Below are positions 8,380-17,687 of a DNA stretch of 32,000 bases, one piece after another. The notes beneath the pieces were generated by a model. That model did no database searches. It was given only the letters and a program-made list of their open reading frames with translations, and was not told the origin of the DNA. Positions within the stretch are counted from its first letter, which is position 1, and each line of letters starts with the position of its first letter. The position numbers were made by a program, and so were the translations under genes. The stretch is from Coprobacillaceae bacterium (GTDB taxonomy: Bacteria; Bacillota_I; Bacilli_A; Erysipelotrichales; Coprobacillaceae): NCBI GenBank assembly GCA_963675515.1, contig OY776328.1, positions 2,190,001 through 2,222,000 of the forward strand, in the 5' to 3' direction.

Positions 8380-9240
8380 ATCAACCAATTTGATGTATTG
8401 GTATCCGATTCCACCTATCCCCATATGGGCCCCGACAACCGAAGGCAACAAGGCAATCTCGACATTGTCGCACGGACCGATTTTTTCGATCAGGTAGTCC
8501 TTCATCTGATGTGCCATATCCTCTTCCAGGACATGCTGGATTGTGACCAGGTAATCAGTATTGTTCACCCCTTCATCCACCATGGCATCTACGATTTGCC
8601 GATTGGCCTTTTTGGCCGTCCGCACCTGGGCGTACTTGTCGATTTTGCCGCCAAGTTCATGGTTGAGTTTCATGATCGGGACAATCTTGAGCATCTTGCC
8701 GAGCATCGCTACAGCCGGGGTAATCCGCCCGCCCCTTTTTAGCTGGTCGAGATTCGGGGTGGTTATGAAAGTCGCCGCATTTTCGCGAGCCTCTTTCAAA
8801 ATGGATTCGATCTGGTCAAGAGGCAGTTCCCGATCGATCAGCCTTTTTGCCAGCAAGGCCAGGTAGCGGTGGTTGGCCGCAGTCGATTTGGAATCGATAA
8901 GGGTGATGGGCATCTGTTCCATCCCCGCTCCAAGTGCCATCCCGTCAAGGGTCGAAGAAAGGCCGGTGGCGATGGCAATGGCGATTATATGCTCATAGCC
9001 GGCCGCCTTGATGGCCTGGATCTGGGCGATGATATCGCCGGTTGCCGGCTGTGAAGTTTTGACGAGGACGCTCTCTCTTGCCATCCTGTTGAATACTTCC
9101 TCGCTTGTGATTTCTATAAGATCCCGGTAGCTTCTGTTATCTATTTCAACGGACAGGCTGGCTGAAAATATCCCTTCATTGTCCATGCTTCCAGGGACAA
9201 TCTGGCAGCCGCTGTCCACCAATACCGCTATTTTTGTCAT
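8377..9240 (-). CDS. degV: DegV-family fatty-acid-binding protein
   Basis: Start at MTKIAVLVDSGC (ATG 9240-9238), preceded by GGAGGAAA. The DegV-type N-terminus (IAVLVDS) and an approx. 287-aa length fit the family. Confidence 0.9.
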   Translation of the reverse strand: MTKIAVLVDSGCQIVPGSMDNEGIFSASLSVEIDNRSYRDLIEITSEEVFNRMARESVLVKTSQPATGDIIAQIQAIKAAGYEHIIAIAIATGLSSTLDGMALGAGMEQMPITLIDSKSTAANHRYLALLAKRLIDRELPLDQIESILKEARENAATFITTPNLDQLKRGGRITPAVAMLGKMLKIVPIMKLNHELGGKIDKYAQVRTAKKANRQIVDAMVDEGVNNTDYLVTIQHVLEEDMAHQMKDYLIEKIGPCDNVEIALLPSVVGAHMGIGGIGYQYIKLVD

Positions 9241-9351
9241 TTTCGTTTCCTCCATGTCTACTACAATTCTACAAAAATATCGGGAAACATGCAAGTGTGC
9301 CCACTTTTTTCTTATACAATTTAGTGCTATAATGGCCTTGGAGGATTTTCA

Positions 9352-9945
9352 ATGAAATCAATCAAAGAGACAACCACCTATCAGTGGGAGATCAAGAAAT
9401 CGACCTTCATCACCACCTTGATCCCCTGCGACGATGAAGAAAAGGCAAAGGATATCATAGCCGCCCACAGGGAAAAATACAGCGATGCCACCCACAACTG
9501 TGTCGCCTACATAATAAACCAGGCGGTACGCTTCGACGATGACGGCGAACCAAGCAAGACCGCTGGGATGCCGATGCTCAATGTCCTGCAAAAACAGGAG
9601 CTCACCAACATCATCGCGATCGTGACCCGCTATTTCGGGGGAATCAAGCTTGGCGCCGGCGGTCTGACCCGGGCCTACACCCGGAGCGTATCCGATGCGA
9701 TCAAGGAAGCGACAATCATCGAGAAGCATCTTGTTGCTAGATACAAGGTCACAGTCGAATATCATTTCGCCAACAAGATCGAGCATCTTCTCAATTCCCA
9801 TGATGTCGCAATCATCTCCAAGGATTACGGGAATGATGTGACTTTCGAATTCCATCTCAAGGACCCCGCAATAATGGATCTGATCCAGAATTATACAAAC
9901 AACAGCTTTTTATCCGAGTTCATCCAGGAAGACTATATCGAATAG
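9352..9945 (+). CDS. yigZ: YigZ / IMPACT-family (UPF0029) protein
   Basis: 197 aa. Contains IKKSTFI, ATHNCVAY, DDDGEPSKTAGMPML and VTRYFGGIKLGAGGLTRAY. RBS GGAGGA. A TGcTATAAT promoter lies at about 9326-9334. Confidence 0.9.
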   Translation: MKSIKETTTYQWEIKKSTFITTLIPCDDEEKAKDIIAAHREKYSDATHNCVAYIINQAVRFDDDGEPSKTAGMPMLNVLQKQELTNIIAIVTRYFGGIKLGAGGLTRAYTRSVSDAIKEATIIEKHLVARYKVTVEYHFANKIEHLLNSHDVAIISKDYGNDVTFEFHLKDPAIMDLIQNYTNNSFLSEFIQEDYIE

Positions 9946-9953
9946 GAGTGATC

Positions 9954-10409
9954 ATGATGACAGAAAAGAACGAACTCTACCAGACATACGTGAAAAACAA
10001 ACTTGTCCCTTACATCAAGAACCATGAACTGTACAACACCAAACTGGTCGATTTGAAGGTCCTGGCCATGGCCAGCGACCTGGGAACGATCGCCAGCGAA
10101 GCCAAGGTCTTTTGTTTCTGGGACAAGAGCGCAGTTGAAAGCGCTGAGCTCAAGGAGAGCTATCTCAACGGATTGAAGACCCTGATTGCCATCGGTTACG
10201 AGATCCGGGTCGATGCGATCAAGAGCTACCGGGAGATTCCCCAAAAGATCACCCTGGTCGACCTTTTTTTCAAACTCTACCAGGACATTTTTGCGATCAG
10301 ACAGTCCTACAGCTTCAAAGACTATGAAGACGCCTTCGACGATTATCTCACCCTGGGTTTCCTGCTGGGATTTGACCTGGAAGAAATCAGCGCTTCACTC
10401 AACGATTGA
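9954..10409 (+). CDS. hypothetical protein; weak by-eye resemblance to all-alpha NTP pyrophosphohydrolases (dimeric dUTPase / MazG-like)
   Basis: ATG 9954 follows AGGAG (9944-9948), which overlaps the yigZ stop codon. The predicted protein is helical. The segments SDLGTIASEAKVFCFW and LKESYLNGLKTLIAIG resemble the ELGELANE..FK.W and LEEyvDgLHF motifs, but several acidic and His positions are replaced. Confidence 0.55.
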   Translation: MMTEKNELYQTYVKNKLVPYIKNHELYNTKLVDLKVLAMASDLGTIASEAKVFCFWDKSAVESAELKESYLNGLKTLIAIGYEIRVDAIKSYREIPQKITLVDLFFKLYQDIFAIRQSYSFKDYEDAFDDYLTLGFLLGFDLEEISASLND

Positions 10410-10420
10410 AATTGTGCAAT

Positions 10421-10466
10421 TAAAAAAGAAGCCACGATGATTTGACATCAGGGCTTCTTTTTTTGA
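10421..10466. terminator. bidirectional rho-independent terminator
   Basis: AAAAAAGAAGCC (10422-10433) pairs with GGCTTCTTTTTT (10452-10463) around an 18-nt loop. It lies between convergent genes. Confidence 0.7.
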
Positions 10467-10470
10467 TTGA

Positions 10471-13400
10471 TCATGAATAGAGACTGAGCAGTTCGATGAT
10501 GCGCCTGAAGGCATTCTCGTCGTTTTTAACCTCGACGGTGATCTTGCCTTCAAACTGTCTGAACTTCGGTTTGGTGAAGAGGCGGTTGATGTCGACGAAG
10601 AACTCGTCTCCCTTGATCTTCTTGGCGAACTCTTCCTTGAACACGATGACGATCGCATCGTTTTCATTCCTGATATCCTCGATATTCTCTCTGGTCGCCA
10701 GGATGTCCAGCTTCCGTTTGAGCACGAGGTTTTCGACCACTTCCGGAAGATGGCCATAGTAATCAAGGAAATCGTTTCTCAAAGAGTCGATTGTATTGAT
10801 TGTGGTCGCCCCCTGGATTTTCTGGTACAGCTCCAGCTTCTCGATGTCGCTGTCGATATATTCTTCAGGGATGTAGCCGTCGATCTTGAGCGATGTGGTG
10901 ATGATGTCCTTTTCCTTGGGCTTGGTAACCATGCCGTCTTTTTTGAGCTCGATGGCCTCCTGGAGGATCTTCATGTACATGTCGAATCCGACCGTATCGA
11001 TGTATCCCGACTGGCTGCCCCCGAGGATGTCCCCGGAACCGCGGATTGAAAGGTCGCGCATGGCGATCTTGTAACCCGACCCCAGCTCCGTAAATTCCTT
11101 GATGGCCTTGAGTCGCTTGCTGGCCTCCTCGTTGAGTGTCTTGTTTTTCTGGTACATCAAATAGGCGTAGCTGGTCCTCCGTCCCCGGCCGACCCGGCCC
11201 TTTATCTGGTAAAGCTGCGAGAGGCCGAAATGGTCGGCGTCCTCGACGATTATCGTGTTGGCGTTGGTGATGTCGATCCCGGTCTCGATTATGGTCGTGC
11301 ATACCAGGATGTCATATTCATGGTTGACAAAATCGACCATTACCTTTTCGAGCTCCGCCTTGGACATCTGGCCGTGACCGATGGCGATCCTTGCCTTAGG
11401 CAACATCTGCTGCAGGTTGAATGCCAGGTTGTGGATCCGGTTGACGTCATTGAAGAGGTAGAACACCTGGCCGTTGCGGGCGAGTTCCCGTTCGATGACC
11501 TGTTTGACCAATGTGTTGTTTTTTTCAATCACATAGGTCTGCACCGGCAGGCGGTCATTGGGTGGCGTGTTGATCTGCGAGAAGCCCCTGATGCCCATAA
11601 GAGACATGTGGAGCGTCCGGGGAATCGGTGTGGCTGAAAGGGTCAGGACGTCGATGGTCTTGCGGTACTGCTTGATTGCCTCTTTTTGCTTGACCCCGAA
11701 GCGCTGTTCCTCATCGATAATAAGCAGTCCGATATCCTTGAACGCGATGTCCTTGGAAAGGATCCGGTGGGTACCGATCACAAAATCGATGATGCCGCTT
11801 TTGATTCCTTCGAGGATCGCCTTTTTCTCCTTGGCACTGGTGAAACGGTTGAGCAGGGCGATATTGACCGGGGTGTTTTTGAAGCGGGCTTTGGCAGTAT
11901 TGTAATGTTGCATCGACAGAATGGTCGTCGGACACAGATAGGCCACCTGCTTGCCGGCATTGCATGCCTTGAACGCGGCCCTGAACGCGACTTCGGTCTT
12001 GCCAAAGCCGACATCTCCGCAAAGCAGCCTATCCATCGGCAATGGGCTTTGCATGTCCTTCTTGATTTCAGATACCGAACGCAGCTGGTCGCGGGTCAGC
12101 TCATAGCCGAATTCGGCCTCGAAATCAAGCTGTTCCTGGTTGTCATCGGGAAAGACGAATCCGACCTGCTTGAGCCTTTGCGAGTAGATCTCGATAAGAC
12201 CTTCGGCGATGTCATCGATCTGGTTCTTGATTTTCTGTTTGGTGCGCTGCCATTTGTTGTCGCCAAGGCTATGGAGCTTGGGTGCCTTGCCACTGGCTGA
12301 AGAATACTTTCGGATCAGCTTGAACTGCTCGACTGGGATATAGAGCTTGTCATCCTGGGCGTAAGCCACGTGGAGATAGTCTTTCGAATAGCCCTGGACT
12401 TCAAGGGTCTTGATGCCAAGGTACTGCCCGATCCCGTGGTTGTCGTGCACAACATAGTCGCCAATGCTTAGATCCTGGTAGCTCGAGATTGTTTTGGCTT
12501 CCTTGTATTGGAAGTGCTTGATCTTCTGGGCGGTCTTGACAAAGATCTCCTTGGCGGTGATGATGACCACCTTTTCGTCAAGAAGCTCCACCCCGAATGG
12601 GATTGTCCCGGCATAAAGGTTGATGCCCTCACTCAAAGCATCCTTCGTGCCAACCAAGGTGAATCCCAGATTGTGGCGCTCAAAAAACTCGCTCATCAAT
12701 GACGACTGATGGCCGTTTTCCACACAGACCAGGACCTTTGAAGAAGACAGATAGTCCTTGAGCCCGCCAAGGAGGATGTTCTCGTTGTCGAACCGTTCGC
12801 CGATCCGCCTGGTGTTGAAGATGACATCGCCTTGATCCATTGAAAAATTCTCGATGCAGGTATGCTTATCAATCAGCTTGTTGTAATCAAGGAAATAATC
12901 GAGATCCTTGAAGGCCTTGCCGATGGCGACCAGCTCGAGATAGTAGTTGAAGTTCTCCTCGACATAACGCACATAGCCACTTTCGATCGCCTCTTTCTGG
13001 CATAGGACCACCTGATAGCCCTCGAGATAGTCGAAAATGCTTCTGGCGCTTTGATCGAGACTGTAGTATTTGTACATCAGCGAATCGCTTGAATTCCTGA
13101 GGTTCTCAAGTTCGAGGGCCACCATCTCCTGGAAATCGTCGCGGCATTCCTCGAGCACTTCGGGCATAGTATCCCGGGCAAGCTGTTCGATCCGGCTTTT
13201 GTTTTGTTTCAAGAAGTCCCGGTCATAAAGGACGTCGCTGGCCGGGATTATCCGTACATTGCTGGCTTTTTCAATCGAGCGGTTGTTCTCCTCGTTGAAA
13301 AAACGGATGTCGTCGATCTCGTCATCGAAAAAATCGATCCGGACCGGGTGGTCGAAGTTGGCCGGGTAGATGTCGATGATTCCGCCCCTCCTTGCATAGT

Positions 13401-13896
13401 ACATCATCTGGTCGGCCTTAAAAGCGCGTTTGTAGCCCGCATCCACAAGTCGCCCCTGGAGTTGGTCGATGTCGATGCGTTGTCCTACCGACAGCTCGAT
13501 TGTCCTTTCGATGAAGGTTTCCTTAGATGGCACATAGCGGATAAGCGAATGGACATGTCCGATAAGCACCTTGGGTTTTAAAAAAGCCAGGGCATCCAGG
13601 GTCATGACCCGCTGTCTTTGGAGCTCCGGCGAAAAGGCGAGCGCCTCGACGCGGAACGATTCGTCGCTGCCAAAAAACAGGGCATCCTCGTTTAAAAAGG
13701 CGCTGACCAGCTCATAGAGCATGTTGGCCTCATAGAAGTTCGGTTTGACTATCAACAATGGCTGTTTAGACTTCAAAAAGGCACTGGATATAAGGAGTGC
13801 CTCATCATAGATGTCATTAACAAGCACATTATTCTTTTGCTCCAGCAGGGCATTGACCGCCTTGTTGTCTTTGATAATGCTCATCAATTTATTCAT
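10471..13896 (-). CDS. mfd: transcription-repair coupling factor Mfd
   Basis: 1141 aa. Contains the CarD/TRCF RNAP-interacting segment (GDYVVHDNHGIGQY) and the SF2 motifs GDVGFGKTEVA, IIDEEQRFG, LSATPIPRTL and QIKGRVGRG. It lies immediately downstream of pth, as in Bacillus. Confidence 0.97.
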   Translation of the reverse strand: MNKLMSIIKDNKAVNALLEQKNNVLVNDIYDEALLISSAFLKSKQPLLIVKPNFYEANMLYELVSAFLNEDALFFGSDESFRVEALAFSPELQRQRVMTLDALAFLKPKVLIGHVHSLIRYVPSKETFIERTIELSVGQRIDIDQLQGRLVDAGYKRAFKADQMMYYARRGGIIDIYPANFDHPVRIDFFDDEIDDIRFFNEENNRSIEKASNVRIIPASDVLYDRDFLKQNKSRIEQLARDTMPEVLEECRDDFQEMVALELENLRNSSDSLMYKYYSLDQSARSIFDYLEGYQVVLCQKEAIESGYVRYVEENFNYYLELVAIGKAFKDLDYFLDYNKLIDKHTCIENFSMDQGDVIFNTRRIGERFDNENILLGGLKDYLSSSKVLVCVENGHQSSLMSEFFERHNLGFTLVGTKDALSEGINLYAGTIPFGVELLDEKVVIITAKEIFVKTAQKIKHFQYKEAKTISSYQDLSIGDYVVHDNHGIGQYLGIKTLEVQGYSKDYLHVAYAQDDKLYIPVEQFKLIRKYSSASGKAPKLHSLGDNKWQRTKQKIKNQIDDIAEGLIEIYSQRLKQVGFVFPDDNQEQLDFEAEFGYELTRDQLRSVSEIKKDMQSPLPMDRLLCGDVGFGKTEVAFRAAFKACNAGKQVAYLCPTTILSMQHYNTAKARFKNTPVNIALLNRFTSAKEKKAILEGIKSGIIDFVIGTHRILSKDIAFKDIGLLIIDEEQRFGVKQKEAIKQYRKTIDVLTLSATPIPRTLHMSLMGIRGFSQINTPPNDRLPVQTYVIEKNNTLVKQVIERELARNGQVFYLFNDVNRIHNLAFNLQQMLPKARIAIGHGQMSKAELEKVMVDFVNHEYDILVCTTIIETGIDITNANTIIVEDADHFGLSQLYQIKGRVGRGRRTSYAYLMYQKNKTLNEEASKRLKAIKEFTELGSGYKIAMRDLSIRGSGDILGGSQSGYIDTVGFDMYMKILQEAIELKKDGMVTKPKEKDIITTSLKIDGYIPEEYIDSDIEKLELYQKIQGATTINTIDSLRNDFLDYYGHLPEVVENLVLKRKLDILATRENIEDIRNENDAIVIVFKEEFAKKIKGDEFFVDINRLFTKPKFRQFEGKITVEVKNDENAFRRIIELLSLYS

Positions 13897-13899
13897 TTT

Positions 13900-14460
13900 T
13901 CACCTCTGATTATACTGATTCATGGCTTTGGAAAAGTCATCCTGGATCGCCACTTTCAAAGCCGCGCTGGCCTGAGCGATGCTTTCAAGAAGCAGGGGTT
14001 CTTGTTCCTTGGTGAACTTTCCCAACACATAGTCGATAACCGGTATGAACTTGTCCTTGTCGATGCCGACCCGGACCCGGTTGAAATTCTGGGTCTTGAG
14101 ATGGGATACGATGCTCTTGATTCCGTTGTGGCCCCCGGGCGAACCCTTGGCTCTCAGGCGGATCTTGCCAACCGGCAGGTCGAGATCGTCATAGACAACC
14201 ACGATATCTTCGACAGCCACCTTGAAATAGTTCATGAACTGGATGAGCGAATCGCCCGAAAGGTTCATGTACGTCTGGGGCTTGAGCAGGATCACATCAT
14301 CCCCATTGACTTTGCCCTTGCCATAAATCCCCTGGAACTTGTTCGATTCGACCGGGATATTGAGCTGGCGGGCCAGTTCGTCAATCACCATAAACCCGCA
14401 GTTATGGCGGGTTTTCTCATATTTTTTACCGGGGTTTCCCAACCCCACGATCAATTTCAC
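13900..14460 (-). CDS. pth: peptidyl-tRNA hydrolase
   Basis: Contains KLIVGLGNPGKKYEKTRHNCGF. Start chosen at GTG 14460-14458, giving (M)KLIVGLGNPG, the usual family N-terminus. This GTG overlaps the pulA stop codon TGA (GTGA). The upstream ATG at 14517 would add 19 atypical residues. Confidence 0.92.
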   Translation of the reverse strand: MKLIVGLGNPGKKYEKTRHNCGFMVIDELARQLNIPVESNKFQGIYGKGKVNGDDVILLKPQTYMNLSGDSLIQFMNYFKVAVEDIVVVYDDLDLPVGKIRLRAKGSPGGHNGIKSIVSHLKTQNFNRVRVGIDKDKFIPVIDYVLGKFTKEQEPLLLESIAQASAALKVAIQDDFSKAMNQYNQR

Positions 14461-16559
14461 TTCGCGATGTATCCTACAACCGTGAATGAAAGCGGGCCGA
14501 TAACGCTCTCTTTGCATTCATCGCCTCCGATAAACTCGACATCTTCTTCCATGACAACCTGATATGAATTGTAGGAAGGATTGATATAGATCACAATCTT
14601 TTCATAATACCCCTCGTCTTGGGTCAGGGTATAGACAAGCATATTGTAATTGATGCATTTGAGTTCGACGAAGGCATCGATTTCCTCTCTTGTATTGTAT
14701 TTGAAGCATTTGTTTTCCTTGCGCAGCCTGATCAGTTTCTTGATGGTATCGATATCCTCAAGGAAATAATCCTTGCGATTCCAGTCCAGCGCATTGATGC
14801 GATCGGGCGCGTTGTACGTGTTGTTCAGGCCCATCTTGTGCCGGTAGAATTCCTGTCCCGAATGGATGAACGGGATTCCCTGGGCCACCAGGACAAACTC
14901 ATTCATAAGCAGCTGACGCTTTAGCCGGGTCAGATCATTCTCTTCGCCATTGCTTACCTGCAGCTTGTCGAAAGTTGTGGCATTGTCATGGCATTCGATG
15001 TAGTTGACAGACTGGTTTATTGTAGTATACCGGTTGACATTTATCAAGTAATTTAAGGATATTTCCGCATTGTACATATTTCCGGCAAGATAGCCCTTGT
15101 TGGGAAGCTCATTGGCGCTCGAACCGCCCTTGATGCAGTCCCGGAAATCGTCATTGAAAAACGAGATGTCTGGCATAAGCGAGTGGTTGAACTGGGTGGC
15201 TCTTTGGGACACCGGCAGGGCCGTATCCATATCCCAGCCTTCGCCGTAGATGATGAAGTCGCCGTCCTTTTTCTGGCATTTCTGGGCGATCATGTTCAGA
15301 GTTGTCACATCGAGAATTCCCATCAGGTCGAAGCGGAACCCGTCCACACCGTAAAGCTTCTGCCATCTTACGCACATATCGACAATGTACTTGCGGCACA
15401 TTTTGGCGGTCGTATTGAGGTCGTTTCCACACCACGAACCGTTCGACAGGATCCCGTTTTCATATTTCCTGAAGTAATAGCCCGGCACGGTTTTTTCAAA
15501 AGCTGAATCGTTGATGTCATAGACATGGTTGTAGACAACATCCATGACCACCCTGATCTTTGCAAGGTGGAGCTGTTTGATCATTGTCTGGCACTCGATG
15601 ATCCGTTTGTAGCCGTCATTGGGATCACTCACATAGCTCCCCTCGGGCAGGCCATATTGGGCCGGATCGTAGCCCCAGTTGTACAGGACTTCCGGCCTGT
15701 TTTCATCAACTGTCGCAAAGTCAAAAATCGGCAGCAGCTGGACATGGGTTATCCCCAGGTCGATCAGATAATCAAGACCGGCAGCCTTGTTCTGGGGCGT
15801 CTTGAGTCCCCTTTCCACGAAACCGAGGAACTTGCCGCGTTTTTTGGCGTTGATGGACGGGCTCATCGTGAAATCACGGACGCTGGCCTCGTAGATGATC
15901 GCATCCTGGCGGGAGATCCCCCGATCAAGACAGTGGTGCGAAAGATTCTGGACCAGCCGCTTGGGATTGATCACAATCGAAGACTTGGTATTGGCAGTCG
16001 AACTTAGCGCATATGGGTCGACCGACTCGATGTAGTTTTCATCATGTTTGATCAGATACTTGTACTCGCACCCGTCAAGGTTGCCGTTAACCCGGGCATA
16101 GAAAACGCCTTTGGCGGTCCGTTCCATATCCCGTGAGCTGACATTTTTCCCCTTTTTCATCTTGACCATTACCTTGATGGCGGTAGGCGCCCACAGCCGA
16201 AACTCCGTATAAGCGGGAGTGTAGCTCGCCCCCAAATCATCCCGGTCATAATAGAAGTGCCCGTCAAAATCATCCATCTGCACCAATTTGGTGAAAGTCA
16301 GGATTTTCGCCAGGCCGTAGGCGTCGACAACCTGATAAGTGTCCGCCAGATTAATGTCTGGAATGTTGTTGAAATAATAATGATGATAATCGTGATCCTC
16401 GCCCTCATTGGCGAAGTCGATCTTGACAAGCGTGTTTTTATCAAGATTGCGCAGATAGAATGTCTTTGAAACCCCGCCGTAATAACGTTTCGACAATTTC
16501 ACGACAATCTTTCTAAGGCCGATAAGCTGCGCAATCATTCTGATTGCAGATTCTTCCAT
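14457..16559 (-). CDS. type I pullulanase / glycogen-debranching enzyme (GH13), no signal peptide (AmyX-like)
   Basis: 700 aa. Contains YNWGYDP, the GH13 regions DVVYNH, GFRFDLMG, YGEGWD and YIECHDN, and an N-terminal CBM-like region. The N-terminus is not signal-peptide-like. Confidence 0.93.
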   Translation of the reverse strand: MEESAIRMIAQLIGLRKIVVKLSKRYYGGVSKTFYLRNLDKNTLVKIDFANEGEDHDYHHYYFNNIPDINLADTYQVVDAYGLAKILTFTKLVQMDDFDGHFYYDRDDLGASYTPAYTEFRLWAPTAIKVMVKMKKGKNVSSRDMERTAKGVFYARVNGNLDGCEYKYLIKHDENYIESVDPYALSSTANTKSSIVINPKRLVQNLSHHCLDRGISRQDAIIYEASVRDFTMSPSINAKKRGKFLGFVERGLKTPQNKAAGLDYLIDLGITHVQLLPIFDFATVDENRPEVLYNWGYDPAQYGLPEGSYVSDPNDGYKRIIECQTMIKQLHLAKIRVVMDVVYNHVYDINDSAFEKTVPGYYFRKYENGILSNGSWCGNDLNTTAKMCRKYIVDMCVRWQKLYGVDGFRFDLMGILDVTTLNMIAQKCQKKDGDFIIYGEGWDMDTALPVSQRATQFNHSLMPDISFFNDDFRDCIKGGSSANELPNKGYLAGNMYNAEISLNYLINVNRYTTINQSVNYIECHDNATTFDKLQVSNGEENDLTRLKRQLLMNEFVLVAQGIPFIHSGQEFYRHKMGLNNTYNAPDRINALDWNRKDYFLEDIDTIKKLIRLRKENKCFKYNTREEIDAFVELKCINYNMLVYTLTQDEGYYEKIVIYINPSYNSYQVVMEEDVEFIGGDECKESVIGPLSFTVVGYIAK

Positions 16560-16719
16560 TTTTTCCCCTTAACAGACTAAAAAATCAATCCATACACAAA
16601 GATTATAGCGCAAATACCAATATTTTTAAATACCCAGCTTGATTGTTTGGCCAAACTTATCAAAATAACGATACGGACATCAAAACTGTGATATAATTAG
16701 GAAACAGGGGGAAAACATT

Positions 16720-17673
16720 ATGAATGAAAAAAACAATTTGAAAATGATGAAGTGGCTGATTGCCGCCCTGATCTTCCAGGCTTGTTTCCTGCTTGGGGGC
16801 AGCTATCACGTATACAAAAAAATCATGTCCAAACAAAGCGACAAGTCGAAAATACTCAAGAAAACCACAACCGACAAGTCGCTCGACAAGAAAATCGTGG
16901 ACCGGGATTTTTTCGATCAGGTCGCATTCAGGGACATCTACATCAAATCAAGGGATGACCTGCTCCTCCATGGCTACTATGTGGAAAACAACTCCGACAA
17001 GACCATTATTCTAATCCACGGCTACAACTCGAATGCCTATCGCAAAGGTCCCGTAGCCAAGGTGCTCTTCGAGCATGGCTTCAATATCCTCAGCCCGGAT
17101 CTGCGGGCCCATGGCAAATCCCAGGGTGAGATGATCGGCATGGGATGGGATGACCATTACGACCTGCTTGGCTGGATCGAGCTGGCCAATGCCCTCAAGC
17201 CAGACGGGCAAATCTTCCTGCTAGGGGTGTCCATGGGGGCGGCGACAATTCTAAACGCCACCGGGGAGCAGTTGCCCGACAACGTCAAGGCAGCCATCGC
17301 CGATTGTTCCTACACCACACCATGGGAGTTGTATCAGTTCCAGTTCAAGAACCTCTACCACACTCCGCCCCGGCCTTTGCTTGATTTCGTGAATATGTTC
17401 AACACCATCGAAAACAAGAATGATTTCCGCCATGGTCCTATCGACATGGTCAAAAGATCGGTCACACCGACCCTGTTCATCCACGGCATTGACGACCCCT
17501 TCATCCCCGCAAGAATGTCCAAAGAGCTTTACGAGGCGTGTAAAAGCGAAAAGGAACTGCTCCTTGTGGAAAAAGGCCAGCATGGAAGAAGCTACCTGGC
17601 TGAACCTGAGAAATACTTCAATACCATATTCGATTTCATCGAGCGCCACAGCCAAAAGGATACCCAAAGTTGA
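16720..17673 (+). CDS. membrane-anchored alpha/beta-fold hydrolase (serine esterase / peptidase S9-like)
   Basis: One N-terminal TM helix (WLIAALIFQACFLLGG). Contains HGYNS, the nucleophile elbow GVSMGA, FIHGIDDPFIP and GQHG (Ser-Asp-His triad layout). RBS GGGGGA. Confidence 0.8.
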   Translation: MNEKNNLKMMKWLIAALIFQACFLLGGSYHVYKKIMSKQSDKSKILKKTTTDKSLDKKIVDRDFFDQVAFRDIYIKSRDDLLLHGYYVENNSDKTIILIHGYNSNAYRKGPVAKVLFEHGFNILSPDLRAHGKSQGEMIGMGWDDHYDLLGWIELANALKPDGQIFLLGVSMGAATILNATGEQLPDNVKAAIADCSYTTPWELYQFQFKNLYHTPPRPLLDFVNMFNTIENKNDFRHGPIDMVKRSVTPTLFIHGIDDPFIPARMSKELYEACKSEKELLLVEKGQHGRSYLAEPEKYFNTIFDFIERHSQKDTQS

Positions 17674-17687
17674 GTATCCTTTTTTTA
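17654..17687. terminator. bidirectional rho-independent terminator (hydrolase / glgP convergent)
   Basis: AAAAGGATAC (17654-17663) pairs with GTATCCTTTT (17674-17683). The loop contains the hydrolase stop codon TGA. A T-run follows. Confidence 0.65.

Noticed and set aside
16645-16656. Perfect 12-bp palindrome GTTTGGCCAAAC between the divergent pulA and hydrolase genes, as a possible operator.
   Set aside because: Several perfect 12-bp palindromes are expected by chance in 32 kb. It does not match cre or LacI-type consensus sequences and is not repeated. It is noted but unsupported.
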